NCBI RefSeq assembly: GCF_006345805.1 | Contig: NC_043001.1 | Span: 63,488,001-63,552,000 of the forward strand | Source of the DNA: Octopus sinensis | Lineage: Eukaryota | DNA: 64,000 nucleotides | Direction: 5' to 3' | Shown: one piece after another, positions 23,400-35,839 of the stretch | Layout: each line of letters opens with the position of its first letter | Position numbering within the stretch: position 1 is the first letter of the stretch | Notes under the pieces: model-generated | What the model saw: the letters and a program-made list of their open reading frames with translations, nothing else | Told to the model about the DNA's origin: nothing | The model's database searches: none | Translations under genes and position numbers: made by a program

Positions 23400-26300
23400 T
23401 GTCCTATGGTTAATCTGGAAGCGCGTCCCCCAGGGAAGAGCTAGCCTGGGATCGAAAAGTCATCAACTGGCACAAACTCTTCTCCGAATACGGACATGGA
23501 TGGTCACTTGAACGGGAAATCCCCCAACTCGAGCCCTCCAAGTTCACCACCACAACCACCACAGAAAGAAAAATGTAAGCAGAACAAATGGACCCGAGAA
23601 GAGTATAAAGAAGTAATATACGCTTATTACTATGCATTAGGTAGGCCATCTCAAGAGAGACACACCGCAAACTCTTACAGTATATGGAGAACACGGAATC
23701 AAGACAGTAGGCCCTATTTGGACGAGAACAAATTAGCAAATGTGAGAAGGGATATCCTTAGAAATAACAGACTCACAGACAGTGAAATAAGCGCGATCAA
23801 GCACGCAACGGAAAATGACATAAATATAAGACACAAAGGAAATGAAGAATCAGATGAACAGTATAGCCCGCCACGAGGCTTAATTGAAAGACTGCCATCT
23901 GACCAAAGTACGCAAAGGCCTGAAGATACAAGAAATTCTATTGTACCTGTTAAAGATAGCCAGGTAAACGAAAAAACAACAGTAACTAAAGATCTCGCAT
24001 TTGCTGAAGAACACAGAGAGTCTATGGCAGAAATGAGGCAGAAAATCCTGAATACGCTTGAAGTTGTAAGACATACAAGTATGAATGATAGAGAACCACT
24101 TCATAAACTCTCAAATACAAACCAAAATAAAAACAAATCCAAATTGGCAACTATGTAACAAATGAAATAATACGAGAATTAAAACTTGATTTTACTGAGT
24201 TAAATGAAATTATTTACGCTTCTGCTAGGGCAATTGAAATCAGCTGTATGCCCCCGAAAAAACAAAGAAAACAAAACCTGGGAAGAAATCAAACCTGGAG
24301 AAGTAAAATTGAAAAAGAGATTGAATTTATGAGTGGGGAAATATCAATATTAAATGAACTAATATGTGGAAATGATGTAAGATCCAGAACAGGAAGAAAG
24401 ATGAAGAGAAAATTTGGATCCTCACCAAGAGAAGAACTGATATCAATAAAAGAAACGCTGAAACAAAAAGTCCAAGCAAAAGCCCAAAGAATACGAAGAT
24501 TTGAGAAGAGAAACAAGTTTTACAAGCAAAATAAGCTGTTCACATCCAATGCCAAAAAATTCTACAGAGAAATAGGGAAGGAGAAAGTAACCGTTAAAGA
24601 CCCCCCTCCCATGGAAGAAGTTCAAAACTTTTGGAAAAGGATTTGGAGTGACAAGAAGACGTACAACATAAATGCAGACTGGATTATACAAACTGAAGGA
24701 TCCTACCAAAATTTACAACAACAAGCATGGGAAGACATCACAATAGCAGACCTAAGAAAGGCACTCACGAAGGCCCATAATTGGAAATCCCCCGGTAAAG
24801 ATAGGATGCCGAATTTCTGGCTCGCATCGCTCCCATGTGCACACGGTAAGCTAGTTCAGCTGCTTAATGGAATTATGGGAGACCCAAAGAAAACACCTGA
24901 ATGGTTAGCAAGTGGCATTACTTACCTACTCCCAAAGAATAACGAAACCAACCTTCCAAAAAACTATCGGCCTATAACCTGTCTATCCACCACGTATAAA
25001 ATCCTAACATCTATCCTGGCGGAGAAAACATATGCATTCATGGAGAAGAACGATATTTTCCCCATTGAACAAAAAGGGTGCCGCCGAGGCTCTTACGGAT
25101 GCAAAGATCAACTGCTAATCAATCGTATGATCCTTGAGAACTGTCACAACAAGCGCAGAAATCTCAGCACCGCATGGATTGACTACAAAAAGGCCTTCGA
25201 CAGTATACCGCATCCGTGGATCTTGAGATCGCTGGACATCTTCAAAATTTCCCCTGTGATTTCAAACTTCCTGAAGCACAATATGTCGTTGTGGAATACG
25301 AATCTCCAATTATACCACTCTAATGGAGTGGTATAAATCTGAAAGCCTCAGAAAATATAAACATCAACTGTGGAATTTTTCAAGGTGACTCACTTTCACC
25401 TTTAATATTCTGCATAGCGCTAATACCCCTTACAAGTGAATTAAACAGAACAGGGTATGGGTATAAAATTGCCAATAAAAAAATAAGCCATCTATTTTAT
25501 ATGGATGACTTAAAACTTTATGGTAAAGACAATAATGAACTTGAAGGCCTATTGCGCACCGTGAAAGCATTCAGCGATGATATCGGGATGGAGTTTGGAC
25601 TTGAGAAGTGTGCCAAGGCCACTTTCCAGAAAGGGAAAGTGAAGACCACAAATTCAGTCGTGTTAGATGTTGACACAGTCATAAGAGAGCTTGAGCAAGA
25701 ACAAACATACAAATATTTAGGGATAAATGAAGGCGCTGGTATTCAGCATGCAAGCATGAAAGAGAAAATCAGGAAGGAATGTTATAGGAGAGTTCGTGCA
25801 GTCCTGAAATCTGAACTAAATGCACGTAACAAGGTGTTAGCTATAAATTCCTTAGCAGTTCCAGTTGTTACTTATAGCTACAATGTGTTGAACTGGAATA
25901 TGAGTGAAGTAAAGAATATAGATAGAAAAATACGCAAGCTGCTGAGTTGTAATAGGATGCACCACCCAAAGGCAGACGTAGATCGCCTTTACCTTCCCAG
26001 AGCCCAAGGAGGTCGAGGCCTGATCCAATTTGAACTAGCTTACAAAACAACCACAATTGGACTGGCCAAATATCTCGAAATATCGAATGACTGGATGCTA
26101 AAGCTCGTGGAAAATCACGAGAGACGAAAGAAGCTTCATTCTATCATAAAGGAAAGCAAAAAATTTGCTATTGATCTCGTGCAGGATACCCAAACTGAAC
26201 AACCCGAGGGAAGTACGGCAACTATTGTTGCAAAGAAGGTGAAAATGATGGCAATGAAGAAAGCGCACGAGCAATTGGCTGATAGGTGGGAGGAGAAACC

Positions 26301-27217
26301 TCTGCACGGCAAATATGTGACCCGCAGCAAACAAGCTGATGTTGACCAGAAGCAAACCCATCAGTGGCTACGGAGCTCAGGGCTAAAAGCAGAGAGCGAA
26401 GGTTTCATCCTGGCTGCTCAAGATCAAAGCCTATTAACCCGGAACTACCAGGCCAATGTGAGGAAAAATGGAGCAGACCCAAAATGCCGATTCTGCAACG
26501 ACATGATTGAAACAGTGGACCACCTAATCTCTGGATGTAAAGTCTTAGCACCAGTGGAGTATAAATTAAGACATGACAGAGTTGGCCAATATCTCCACTG
26601 GCTAATAAGTCGGCATTACAATATCAAAACTGCCGACAAGTGGTATAATCACCACCCTGAGGCTGTAACTGAAGGAGAAAATGTAACGATTCTGTGGGAC
26701 TTTCCAGTACATACAGACCGAACCATCAAGGCCAATAAACCAGATTTTGTTGTGAAAGACCAAAACAATAAAGTTTGCTTATTGATCGACATGAGCATCC
26801 CCTGTGATCATAATATCTCAGCGAAAGAGTTTGACAAGCTCAGAAAATATAAAGACCTACTCATTGAAATTGAGAAAATGTGGCATCTCAAGGCGGTTAC
26901 AATACCAGTGATCGTAGGAGCACTAGGAATGATCAAGAAGGGAACCGAAAATTATATGAGAATGATCCCTGGCTTACCATCCCTGCAAGAAGTGCAAAAG
27001 ATTGTCTTAACTGGTACATCACACGTATGGAGGAGAGCATTGTCGATGTGAGAACTGTTGATGCTCATGTATTTTAATTTAACTTCAAAAAAAAAAATGA
27101 ACGAACTACTGAGTTTGGTTTAATGGCCTACCAATGTATGCTATGAGTTTCTTTGCCCTAGGAGTCGGGAAGACACTCGGCAAGAAATGGAAGCAAATTT
27201 GAAAGAAGAAAAAAAAA

Positions 27218-27220
<3 letters not shown>
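23400..27220 (+). mobile_element. Near-intact R4/Dong-like RLE non-LTR retrotransposon with (TAA)n/(GAA)n tail
   Basis: Single long reading frame broken twice, a ~170 bp 3' UTR, and a tail at 27220-27295. The 5' boundary is approximate. Confidence 0.9.
23496..27051 (+). pseudogene. R4/Dong-like polyprotein (N-terminal KWTREE domain, RT, CCHC, RLE) with two frameshifts (about 24135 and 25340)
   Basis: ORFs 23496-24158, 24248-25336 and 25501-27051. Motifs: YRPITCL, EQKGCRRG, WIDYKKAFDSIPH, GIFQGDSLSP, YMDDLKLY, CRFC..ETVDHLISGC, KPDFVV, IDMSIP, KLRKY. Confidence 0.9.
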
Positions 27221-27276
<56 letters not shown>

Positions 27277-28590
27277 AAGAAGAAGAAGAAAAAGAATAAC
27301 TAGCAGAGATACCCGGCGTTGCCCGTGTTACATGCAATTTAAGAATTAGACTTTTCTGTTATATTTTCTGTAATGAACTGGAATATCTATGTTTCGAATT
27401 TCATCAAAATTGCAGATGAGGGTTATTTCCCTCTTTACACACACCCCAAAAATTGTAATCGTGCCACATGTATCCCATACTACTGATTTTTATGCGCATA
27501 TTCCAAAATTCCAGTCTTATTGAACCTGCTAAAAAGATTTTGCTCCTAAAAAATGAAGGTCATGGAGCTCTAAAATGTGAGAGTTAAGGCCCCTATAGGA
27601 GGTGGGTGTCTTAATACCAAACAGAGAAGTTGAATTGTTGAGAATCTTTTTAACTTGGGTCTTATATCTATTGTTTGAATTTCTTTGAAATAGGAAATAT
27701 ATGTTCACTGTGTTTGTAAAAGAGAGCAAAGCTACAGGAAACCAAAAGACGAATGATCACAATAAGCAGACAGCTACCCTACCCTAGTCGTTACCACTCC
27801 CAATGTAGGATTCCTCACCATCCAGGTGACAGGCACAGCATTACGAATGTATAGCAATTAGAAGGGCATGACCCAACTGAAATAAACATTAACAACTGTG
27901 TGACGTGAGGGCTAAGGAGAAATGAATGTGTCACCTCTGGAGTTTGCAAATGACCACTCTACTGATATGTAACTGGACAGAATAAATTTACAATCTATAA
28001 ACGTCTTTGAATAACCAGTCACTCATCTGGGAAGGCCTTGAAATCAATGTTACCATGTGGGGACTATGTGTGACCCAGTGATGATAAAAAGACTGAAAGG
28101 AGATCTGCAATCAGATAACTTTACTCAACACTTTGCATCTGAATCTGTGGAGGCAAAGATGCCTCTCATTTACTTGACAATTTATGCATCACACTGCAGA
28201 AATCAGAATCTATGTATATGTCAAAGCAAACTCTTACACTGGTGTAATATTGAATTACAAATAATGCTCATCTTTTATGCTTCGGTAACCCTACAGCTTC
28301 CAAGAGTATAACTGTATTCGTCTTTGTTTAGATAAAATGATTCAATTGTGGTTCCCCATGAAGGGGTCTTTGTAACTTGTAAGAAAATGAAATTTTCTAA
28401 ATATTACTTCATTTGTGTGTAATATCTATGGTTAAAATTTCATCAACAGCAAAAATATATGAATTGTCATGGCCCTTATGCATAGAACATAATTTCCAAA
28501 TTTCATAAAGATCCATTCAGTACTTTTGACCTAGTTTTGGATCATAAAAGAAATGACTAAAATTTGGGAGTTAAGGCCCCCATTAGGGTG

Positions 28591-28626
<36 letters not shown>

Positions 28627-28690
28627 CCTAATGGGGGCCTTAACTCACAAATTTTAGTCATTTCATATATATATATATATATTATATATA

Positions 28691-28732
<42 letters not shown>

Positions 28733-28789
28733 GCAAAGATAAATTGATAGATACAACTGAGTGGGCAAACAAAAAATATGAGACAGCCT

Positions 28790-28980
28790 AGTGCTTTTTT
28801 ATGTTGATAAACCTGGTATTTATTCCATTAGTTTGTTCTTGTGAAACCAGTAAGTTATGTGGATGTAAATAAATGAACAGCAGTGATGAGGGAGAAACAC
28901 AGAGACAAAGACACACACATACACTTACATATATATATGATTGATTTGTTTCAGTTCCTGTCTACGAAATCCATATATAT
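28790..28980 (-). mobile_element. SINE 3' fragment interrupted by the RTE insertion
   Basis: Similar to 33690-33870. The shared similarity extends into the flank (28735-28790 versus 33625-33690). Confidence 0.6.
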
Positions 28981-31664
28981 TGTTGTTGGCATCCTTCTTG
29001 TCTCAGGAGACAATGGAGTTGCGCATAAAATAATCTAGTCAGGCTTTTACATTTCATGTCCTAATACATCTCTTGCTGTGGCTGTGTGGTCCTATCCTGG
29101 ACAAACACTCCCTCTGGCAGGTGCCGCAAATGTAGCGAAGACTTTGCCTGGCTGGTTGTAATGTCATAGTTTCTTGTTGACGTCTTTCTTGTCTTTCCAT
29201 TTCTCCTCTCTCTCTATGTCACTCCTTTGTGTTCCCTCTTTTACGGTACGTCGCCAATCTCCACGGTTGCTGGCAACTGCTTCCCAGTTGGTAATATTAA
29301 TTAATGTTGCAGGCATTCATGTCCCTTTTGCAAACATCCTTGTATCGTAAGAACGGTCTTCCAACAGACCTAGTGCCCCGAGCAAGCTCTCCGTAGAGTA
29401 TGTCCTTGGGGATTCTGCCATCTTCCATACGGCTAACATGTCCAAGCCATCTCATACGTCTTTGTGTGAGGAGTGCAAACATGCTTGGTATTCCTGCTTG
29501 CTTGAGGACATCTTTGGTGGGGACATGATTCTGCCATTTGATGCGAAAGATTTTCCGGAGGCAGCACAGGTGAAAGATATTTAGGCGACGCTCTTGGCAT
29601 GTGTATGGCGTCCAAGTCTCACTTCCATATAGAAGAGTGCTAAGTACACATGCCTGGTAAATCTTCATTTTTATGGTCTTGGTCAGCTTATTGTTGTCCC
29701 ATGCCCGTTTGGAGAGTTGGACCATCACAGCAGTTGCCTTGCCAATGCGTATATTGAGCTCAGCGTCAAGGGATAGGTTGTAGATGACGGTAGAGCCAAG
29801 ATAGGTAAACTTCTCCACCTCCTGTAGTCTGTGGTCTCCAATATATATGTTTGGGATGTCCGATGTAGCCTGACCCATGATGTTGGTCTTCTTGAGGTTG
29901 ATAACTAAACCAAAGTCGCTACATGTTTGTTCAAAACAGTTGATAAGCCTTCGTAGGGCTTCTTCTGTGTGTGATGCCAGAGCGGCATCATCAGCAAATA
30001 GCATCTCCTTGATCAGAGCGCTTCTGATGTTGGTCTTGGCACGCAGACGCGAGAGATTGAACAGTTTCCCGTCACTTCTACTGTGCAGAAACACTCCATC
30101 ATCTGATGTCTGAAAGGCATGTGAGAGCAGCAGCGAGAAGATGCCAAATAATGTAGGAGCAAGGACACAACCTTTCTTTACCTCGTTTTTTTTATTTGGA
30201 AGGCGGCTGATGTTGAACCATTGTGCTGTATGGTGCCTTGCATATCATCATGGAAAGATTTGATGATCCTCAGCAGCTTTGGTGGACATACGATTTTTTG
30301 GAGCAGGATGAAGAGGCTTTTTCTACTTACCAAGTCAAAGGCCTTTGTCAGATCAATGAAGGCTATATATAATGGCATTTTCTGCTCTCTGGACTTTTCC
30401 TGAAGTATGAAGAATATCATGTCAATAGTTGATCTGCTTCTTCTAAAGTCACACTGCGATTCTGGATGAATTCGAGAAGCAAGCAGTTGTAACCTGGATA
30501 GGATAACGCGAGCAAAAGTCTTTCTAACAGTACTTAGAAGAGCTATTCCACGGTAATTGTTACAATCACCACGGTCAACTTTGTTTTTGTAACGTTAGCA
30601 TCCCGCATATCCTGAGGGACTGTACCCTCTTCCCAGCACTGACACAGAAGCTCATGAAGGTGCCGAAGCAGAATTGTGTTTTTGCCGGTTTTGATGTCTT
30701 TTCCCGGAGCCTTGTTACTTGCTAGGGAGTCAATAGCGTTGGAGAGCTCTGCTATAGATGGCAGACTGTCAAATTCGCACATGACTGGCAAGATCTTGAC
30801 ACCCTCGATTGCAGCCTCAGCTACCGTGGTCTCCCGTGAGTAGAGATTCTGGTAGTACTCCACCCATCTATCCATTTGCTTGCTTTGGTCCTTGATGAGA
30901 TCTTCAGTAGTTGATTTCAGAGGGTCTGACTTGGTTGCGGATGGACCGAGGGCCTTCTTCAAACCGGCATACATCCCACGGGTGTCGCCACTGTCAGCAG
31001 CTGACTGGATACTCTGACAGATTTCCTGCCAATACCTATTTGCACAGCGTCTGGCAGTCAGTTGGGTTTTATTTCTTGTCTTTCTGAGTTCTTCGAGTGA
31101 CTTTGTAGAAGTATCACTCTTGTATTGCATCAGAGCTGCACGCTTTGCTTCGATAACTGTTTCCAGCTCTGAGAGACCAGCACTGAACCAATCTGGGTTT
31201 TGCCTTTCTCTCATGCCAAAAGTATCTATTGAGTTGGTATAGAAAGCTTCCCTGATATAATTCCACCTACTTTCTGCAGAGGAGGTTCGGCAGCTACTGA
31301 GGGCAACATTCATAGAAACAGCAAAGCATTTTCGCAGTGTAGGGTCTGAGGTTCTGGCAGTGTTAATGCGTGATCGGCCCATTTTCTTGGAGTGATGGAC
31401 TTTTTTAGGCAGAATCCTCATCCTGCTTATTAGTGAATGATCTGTGTCACAATCCGCGATGTGGTAACTACGGGTCAGTTGAACAGAATTCAGAAAGGAT
31501 CTTCGTATAATGATGAAATCCAGCTGATGCCAGTGGTGAGATCTTGGATGTCTCCAAGATGCTTTGTGGGATGTCTTGTTGGCAAAGAATGTGTTGGTGG
31601 TGCACAGGTATGTACAAAATCCAAGTAGTCTCTGACCATTGTCATTCATGTTGCCAATACCAAA
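28981..31664 (-). mobile_element. 5'-truncated RTE-clade LINE (partial APE, RT, C-terminal CxxC motif, short CAA tail)
   Basis: ORFs 30543-31688 (WRHPRSHHWHQLDF, DCDTDH), 30178-30420 (FIDLTKAFD) and 29297-30094 (DGKLFNL, LFADDAAL, LLYGSETW). C-terminus CGTCQRECLSRIGPHSH. Flanked by ~66 bp direct repeats. Confidence 0.9.
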
Positions 31665-31825
31665 ACACATACACTTACATATATACATACCTATATATAC
31701 GATTGATTTGTTTCAGTTCCTGTCCACAAAATCCATATATATATATATATATTAATAAATAAAACATATGCATATATACATACATATATGTACGTACCTA
31801 CCTCTACATGTATATATACATGCAT

Positions 31826-32268
31826 ATATGGGTACAGGACACAAAAAAAAAACGTCGAACACAATGAGAAACGAAAACATAAACACAAAACCAAGGAACT
31901 GGACATTTTTCTTAAACAACGAAAAAATAGAGTACAGGACAAATAACACAATGAAAATACCCCTTCGCCATGGTTTCATCTACTCTGCGTTTCGAAGGTG
32001 AAGGCGATACGCATCTTCGATTGAAACTTTCCTTCCAGTGAAAAAAAAATTAAATAAAATTTGAGATCTTTTTGCGGAGGGGTAAAAATGGTAACAAAAA
32101 CAGGACAGTAACGACAGTACAAAATATAAACAGTAAAAGGAACCCAGGTCAGAAAGACAGTAGCAGAGCTCTCGTCGCGGATCAACGACGGGAGGGAAGA
32201 GGAGGAGTAAGAGAAAGGGAGAGAAAAAAAGGGAATGGTTGTAGAGAAAACCAGAAAGAATGAAGAAT

Positions 32269-32300
<32 letters not shown>

Positions 32301-32405
32301 AGATAGTAAGGTAGAAGAAAAAGAAAACCCGAAAGAATAGAGGCAGAGAAAGTGAGGGGGACAGAAAGGTTAAGAGTGCGCATCATTATTAATATTAAGA
32401 ACAAT
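31826..32405 (-). repeat. CT-rich non-coding retroelement-like unit next to (TA)n, containing a core-deleted permuted hammerhead-like motif
   Basis: Same layout as 32720-33540 and 49626-51420 (pyrimidine tract, structured motif, GTCCTG-rich tail). Bounded by TA-rich runs. Confidence 0.55.
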
Positions 32406-32445
<40 letters not shown>

Positions 32446-32479
32446 TTCCTTGTTTAATAATATTTTGTATGTATATATA

Positions 32480-32710
32480 CAATTGCAGCGTGGAAGGTGT
32501 TTATCAGCCATTTAAGAAACACACAAAACCGTTAAATTCACTTCAACATTTAAATTTAAATTTAAATGACAAATTAAATTTAAATGTTGAAGTGAATCTA
32601 ACGGTTTTATGTGTTTCTTAAATGGCTCATAAACACCTTCCACGTTGAAGTTGTTTTCGTTCGAGCACACGATCTCAGATCAAGTCACTCGCTATGCAAG
32701 TACATCTCCG
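32480..32710. mobile_element. Fold-back MITE or palindrome
   Basis: ~75 bp inverted arms (32487-32560 and about 32575-32645): GCGTGGAAGGTGTTTAT...ATAAACACCTTCCACG. Confidence 0.8.
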
Positions 32711-32719
32711 TAATATATA

Positions 32720-33536
32720 TATGAGTTATACGTTCTTGTCCATGTTGTATTTTTCTACATACCTTAACATATATTCCAGGCGCCCCGTACCCCTTTATCA
32801 TTAATGTGAACACATATTCTTAATAATTGGTACGACTCTCTGTTTGTCTCTCTCTCTCTCATTTTTACTTTCTCTATTCATCTTCTCTTTCCTCTGATCC
32901 TTTGGTCTAGTCTTCCACTACCCTCCTATTCTTTGTCTCGCTCTGCACTCACAGGTCATTCTTCGACACCCATCCCTTCTCCTCTCTGATTCCTTCTTTC
33001 TCTCTCTTCTCTCTCTTTGTTGCGTTTTGTCCCCCTTTTCTCTCTCTCTTTTCTTTTCTTTTCCCTCTTCTCTGTCACGTGACTGTTGGCCGAAATCTGC
33101 CTTTCAGCTCCTGACCCTCGTCGTGTTGTTAACATCGTTGTTCTTCGTCCGCCGCTAAAGGCTTTTTCCAATGCGCCAGAGAAAAAATTTGTTTGCTTGT
33201 TATCAGTCGTAAGACACTTGTTGTTTTCACCGTTAATGCTTCTGTATTTCATGTTTCTGTATTCCATTATTGTTTTTGTTTTTTTTATATCTGTCCCTTT
33301 TGCTGTCCTGGTGTTCGTATGCATTCGATCCTTCTTCCAGGAAATCTACGCTTCCAGCTTAGTTTTTCTTGGAGGGCTGGCCGTGATCTAGTAATCTCAA
33401 GATTAATCAGCCGAAATTACTACGATGATCCGGTTCTTGACTGAAGACTGAGGGGTTCGAATGTCCTGTCCATGTTTATTGTATCGTCTTCTATGAGTTA
33501 TACGTTCTTGTCCATGTTGTATTTTGTCTACATACC

Positions 33537-33540
<4 letters not shown>
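32720..33540 (+). mobile_element. Terminally redundant ~772 bp non-coding unit (pseudo-LTR or retrozyme-like) in (TA)n
   Basis: 48 bp direct repeat at both ends (32720-32767 and 33492-33540). Shares a conserved ~150 bp core with the 49626-51420 array. Confidence 0.7.
33375..33452 (+). ncRNA. Candidate non-circularly permuted hammerhead ribozyme (predicted cleavage after C33396)
   Basis: TAGTAAT-C-TCAAGA ... TCAG-CC-GAA-ATTACTA ... TCTTGA-CTGAAGA-CTGA. Stems I and III are perfect and abut the catalytic residues. Confidence 0.6.
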
Positions 33541-33591
<51 letters not shown>

Positions 33592-33689
33592 ATATATATA
33601 TGTATGCATGTATGTATGTATACACACACACACAAAGATAAATTGATAGATACAACTGAGTGGGCAAACAAAAATATGAGACACTGCGT

Positions 33690-34010
33690 AGTGCTTTTTT
33701 TATATTTTGATAAGCCTAGTACTTATTCTATCAGTATCTTCTCGTGAAACCAGTAAGTTATGGGGATGTAATAAATAAACGAACACCAGCTGTGAAGCAG
33801 TGATGAGGGAGAAACACAAAGACACACACATAGACTTACATATACAAATGATTTCTTTCAGTTTCTGTCTACAAAACCCACTGACAAGGCTTTGGTTGGT
33901 CTGAGGCTATAGCAGAAGACACATGCCAAGTTACCACACAGTGGGGCTGAACTGAGAACCATGTGTTTTGGAACCAAGTTTGTTACCACACAGCCACACC
34001 TGCACCTATG
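33690..34010 (-). mobile_element. tRNA-derived SINE
   Basis: Reverse complement resembles the plus-strand SINE at 57810-58260 (head with GGTTCTCAGTTCAGCCCC, shared body). Confidence 0.75.
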
Positions 34011-34086
34011 TATGTGTGTGTGTGGGGTGTATGTGTGTATGGGTGTATATATGTATGCATGTATATATGTGTACATATTACATATA

Positions 34087-34174
<88 letters not shown>

Positions 34175-34424
34175 TAGACATACATGTATGCATATACATG
34201 TATATCTATAGAAATACATCTATACATATACATGTATACATATACAGCTATACATATACATGTATACATATACATCTATATATATATACATGTATATATA
34301 TATACGTTTATTTGTGGTGTCCTGTACTCATATATGAGTACAGGACACCACAAAAACGAAAACATAAAATCAAACAAGGAAACGAAAAAACAGAGTACAA
34401 AACAAACAATACGAGGAATATTCC

Positions 34425-34489
<65 letters not shown>

Positions 34490-34523
34490 CATATGTATAC
34501 ATCTATATGTATACATCTATATG

Positions 34524-34597
<74 letters not shown>

Positions 34598-34602
<5 letters not shown>

Positions 34603-34973
34603 TTGCGTCAGAAATTAATTAGCACTTCTCAAATTTCTACATTAAATAGGTTAAATCAATTAACCTATGAGCTGTTCAAAACGTCTTACGCGATGAGAAA
34701 ACTTAGTATGGTGTGATTTCGGTCCTTGCGAGGCGCTACCTATATCTATTAAACAAAGGAAGATTTGTCTGCATCCGCACTCCAATTTGTTGCACTCCTA
34801 TGTCAACATCATAAGGCTGTAGACTCTCAAACTGCTCTGCAAAGAAAGTTACGTCATCGTTCTGCGCAACAGTGAACTCGCAACAAAGCAATAGTTCGAG
34901 ATATGGCCACTAGGTGACAGCACATACCTTGAGTGAAGAGCAAATCAAGGGTGCTAATTAATTTCTGACGGTA

Positions 34974-34976
<3 letters not shown>
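34598..34976. mobile_element. Tc1/mariner-type MITE in (TA)n, copy 1
   Basis: 26 bp terminal inverted repeats (CACT..CGTCAGAAATTAATTAGCAC, 24/26 matched), TA on both sides, no ORF. Confidence 0.8.
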
Positions 34977-35034
<58 letters not shown>

Positions 35035-35063
35035 CATATGTATACATCTATATGCATACATAT

Positions 35064-35135
<72 letters not shown>

Positions 35136-35138
<3 letters not shown>

Positions 35139-35512
35139 TTGCGTCAGAAATTAATTAGCACTTCTCAAATTTCTACATTAAATAGGTTAAATCAATTAAC
35201 CTATGAGCTGTTCAAAACGTCTTACGCGATGAGAAAACTTAGTATGGTGTGATTTCGGTCCTTGCGAGGCGCTACCTATATCTATTAAACAAAGGAAGAT
35301 TTGTCTGCATCCGCACTCCAATTTGTTGCACTCCTATGTCAACATCATAAGGCTGTAGACTCTCAAACTGCTCTGCAAACAAAGTTACGTCATCGTTCTG
35401 CGCAACAGTGAACTCGCAACAAAGCAATAGTTCGAGATATGGCCACTAGGTGACAGCACATACCTTGAGTGAAGAGCAAATCAAGGGTGCTAATTAATTT
35501 CTGACGGTAGTG
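35136..35512. mobile_element. Tc1/mariner-type MITE in (TA)n, copy 2 (tandem duplicate)
   Basis: Nearly identical to copy 1, including the same left-TIR mismatches. Period about 538 bp. Confidence 0.8.
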
Positions 35513-35839
35513 TATATATATATATATATATATACATGTAAATTTAAATTTAAAATAATAAGGGTGAGAAATTGAATATTAATTTGATTAATATGAATTG
35601 AAAACTAGTGCTGTAGCATATAAGACCATAGCGGATCTTCTAGCAAAATGGGTGTCCACTGTTAATGGGTCATCTCTTTATATAATAGTTTGACTTTCAG
35701 TATTAAAGTGAAAGTATCTGACATTACAATAGAGAGATGTTTTTGTTTCACTTTTAACACGTAATACTGAAATAGTGGAGAAGATATGATATTACTGTGG
35801 GCTCGCCCTAGTCAAGAAGTTAAACTTTTTTTTTTTGGC

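Noticed and set aside
23240-23470. Possible HDV-like ribozyme at the 5' end of the Dong-like element
   Set aside because: Only a 4 bp P1 and a 3 bp P3 could be drawn. P1.1, P2 and P4 were not found.
27298-27330. ACTAGCAGAGATACCCGGCGTTGCCCG, resembling a Helitron/Helentron-type terminus
   Set aside because: No matching 3' hairpin or CTRR end, and no second copy identified in the window.
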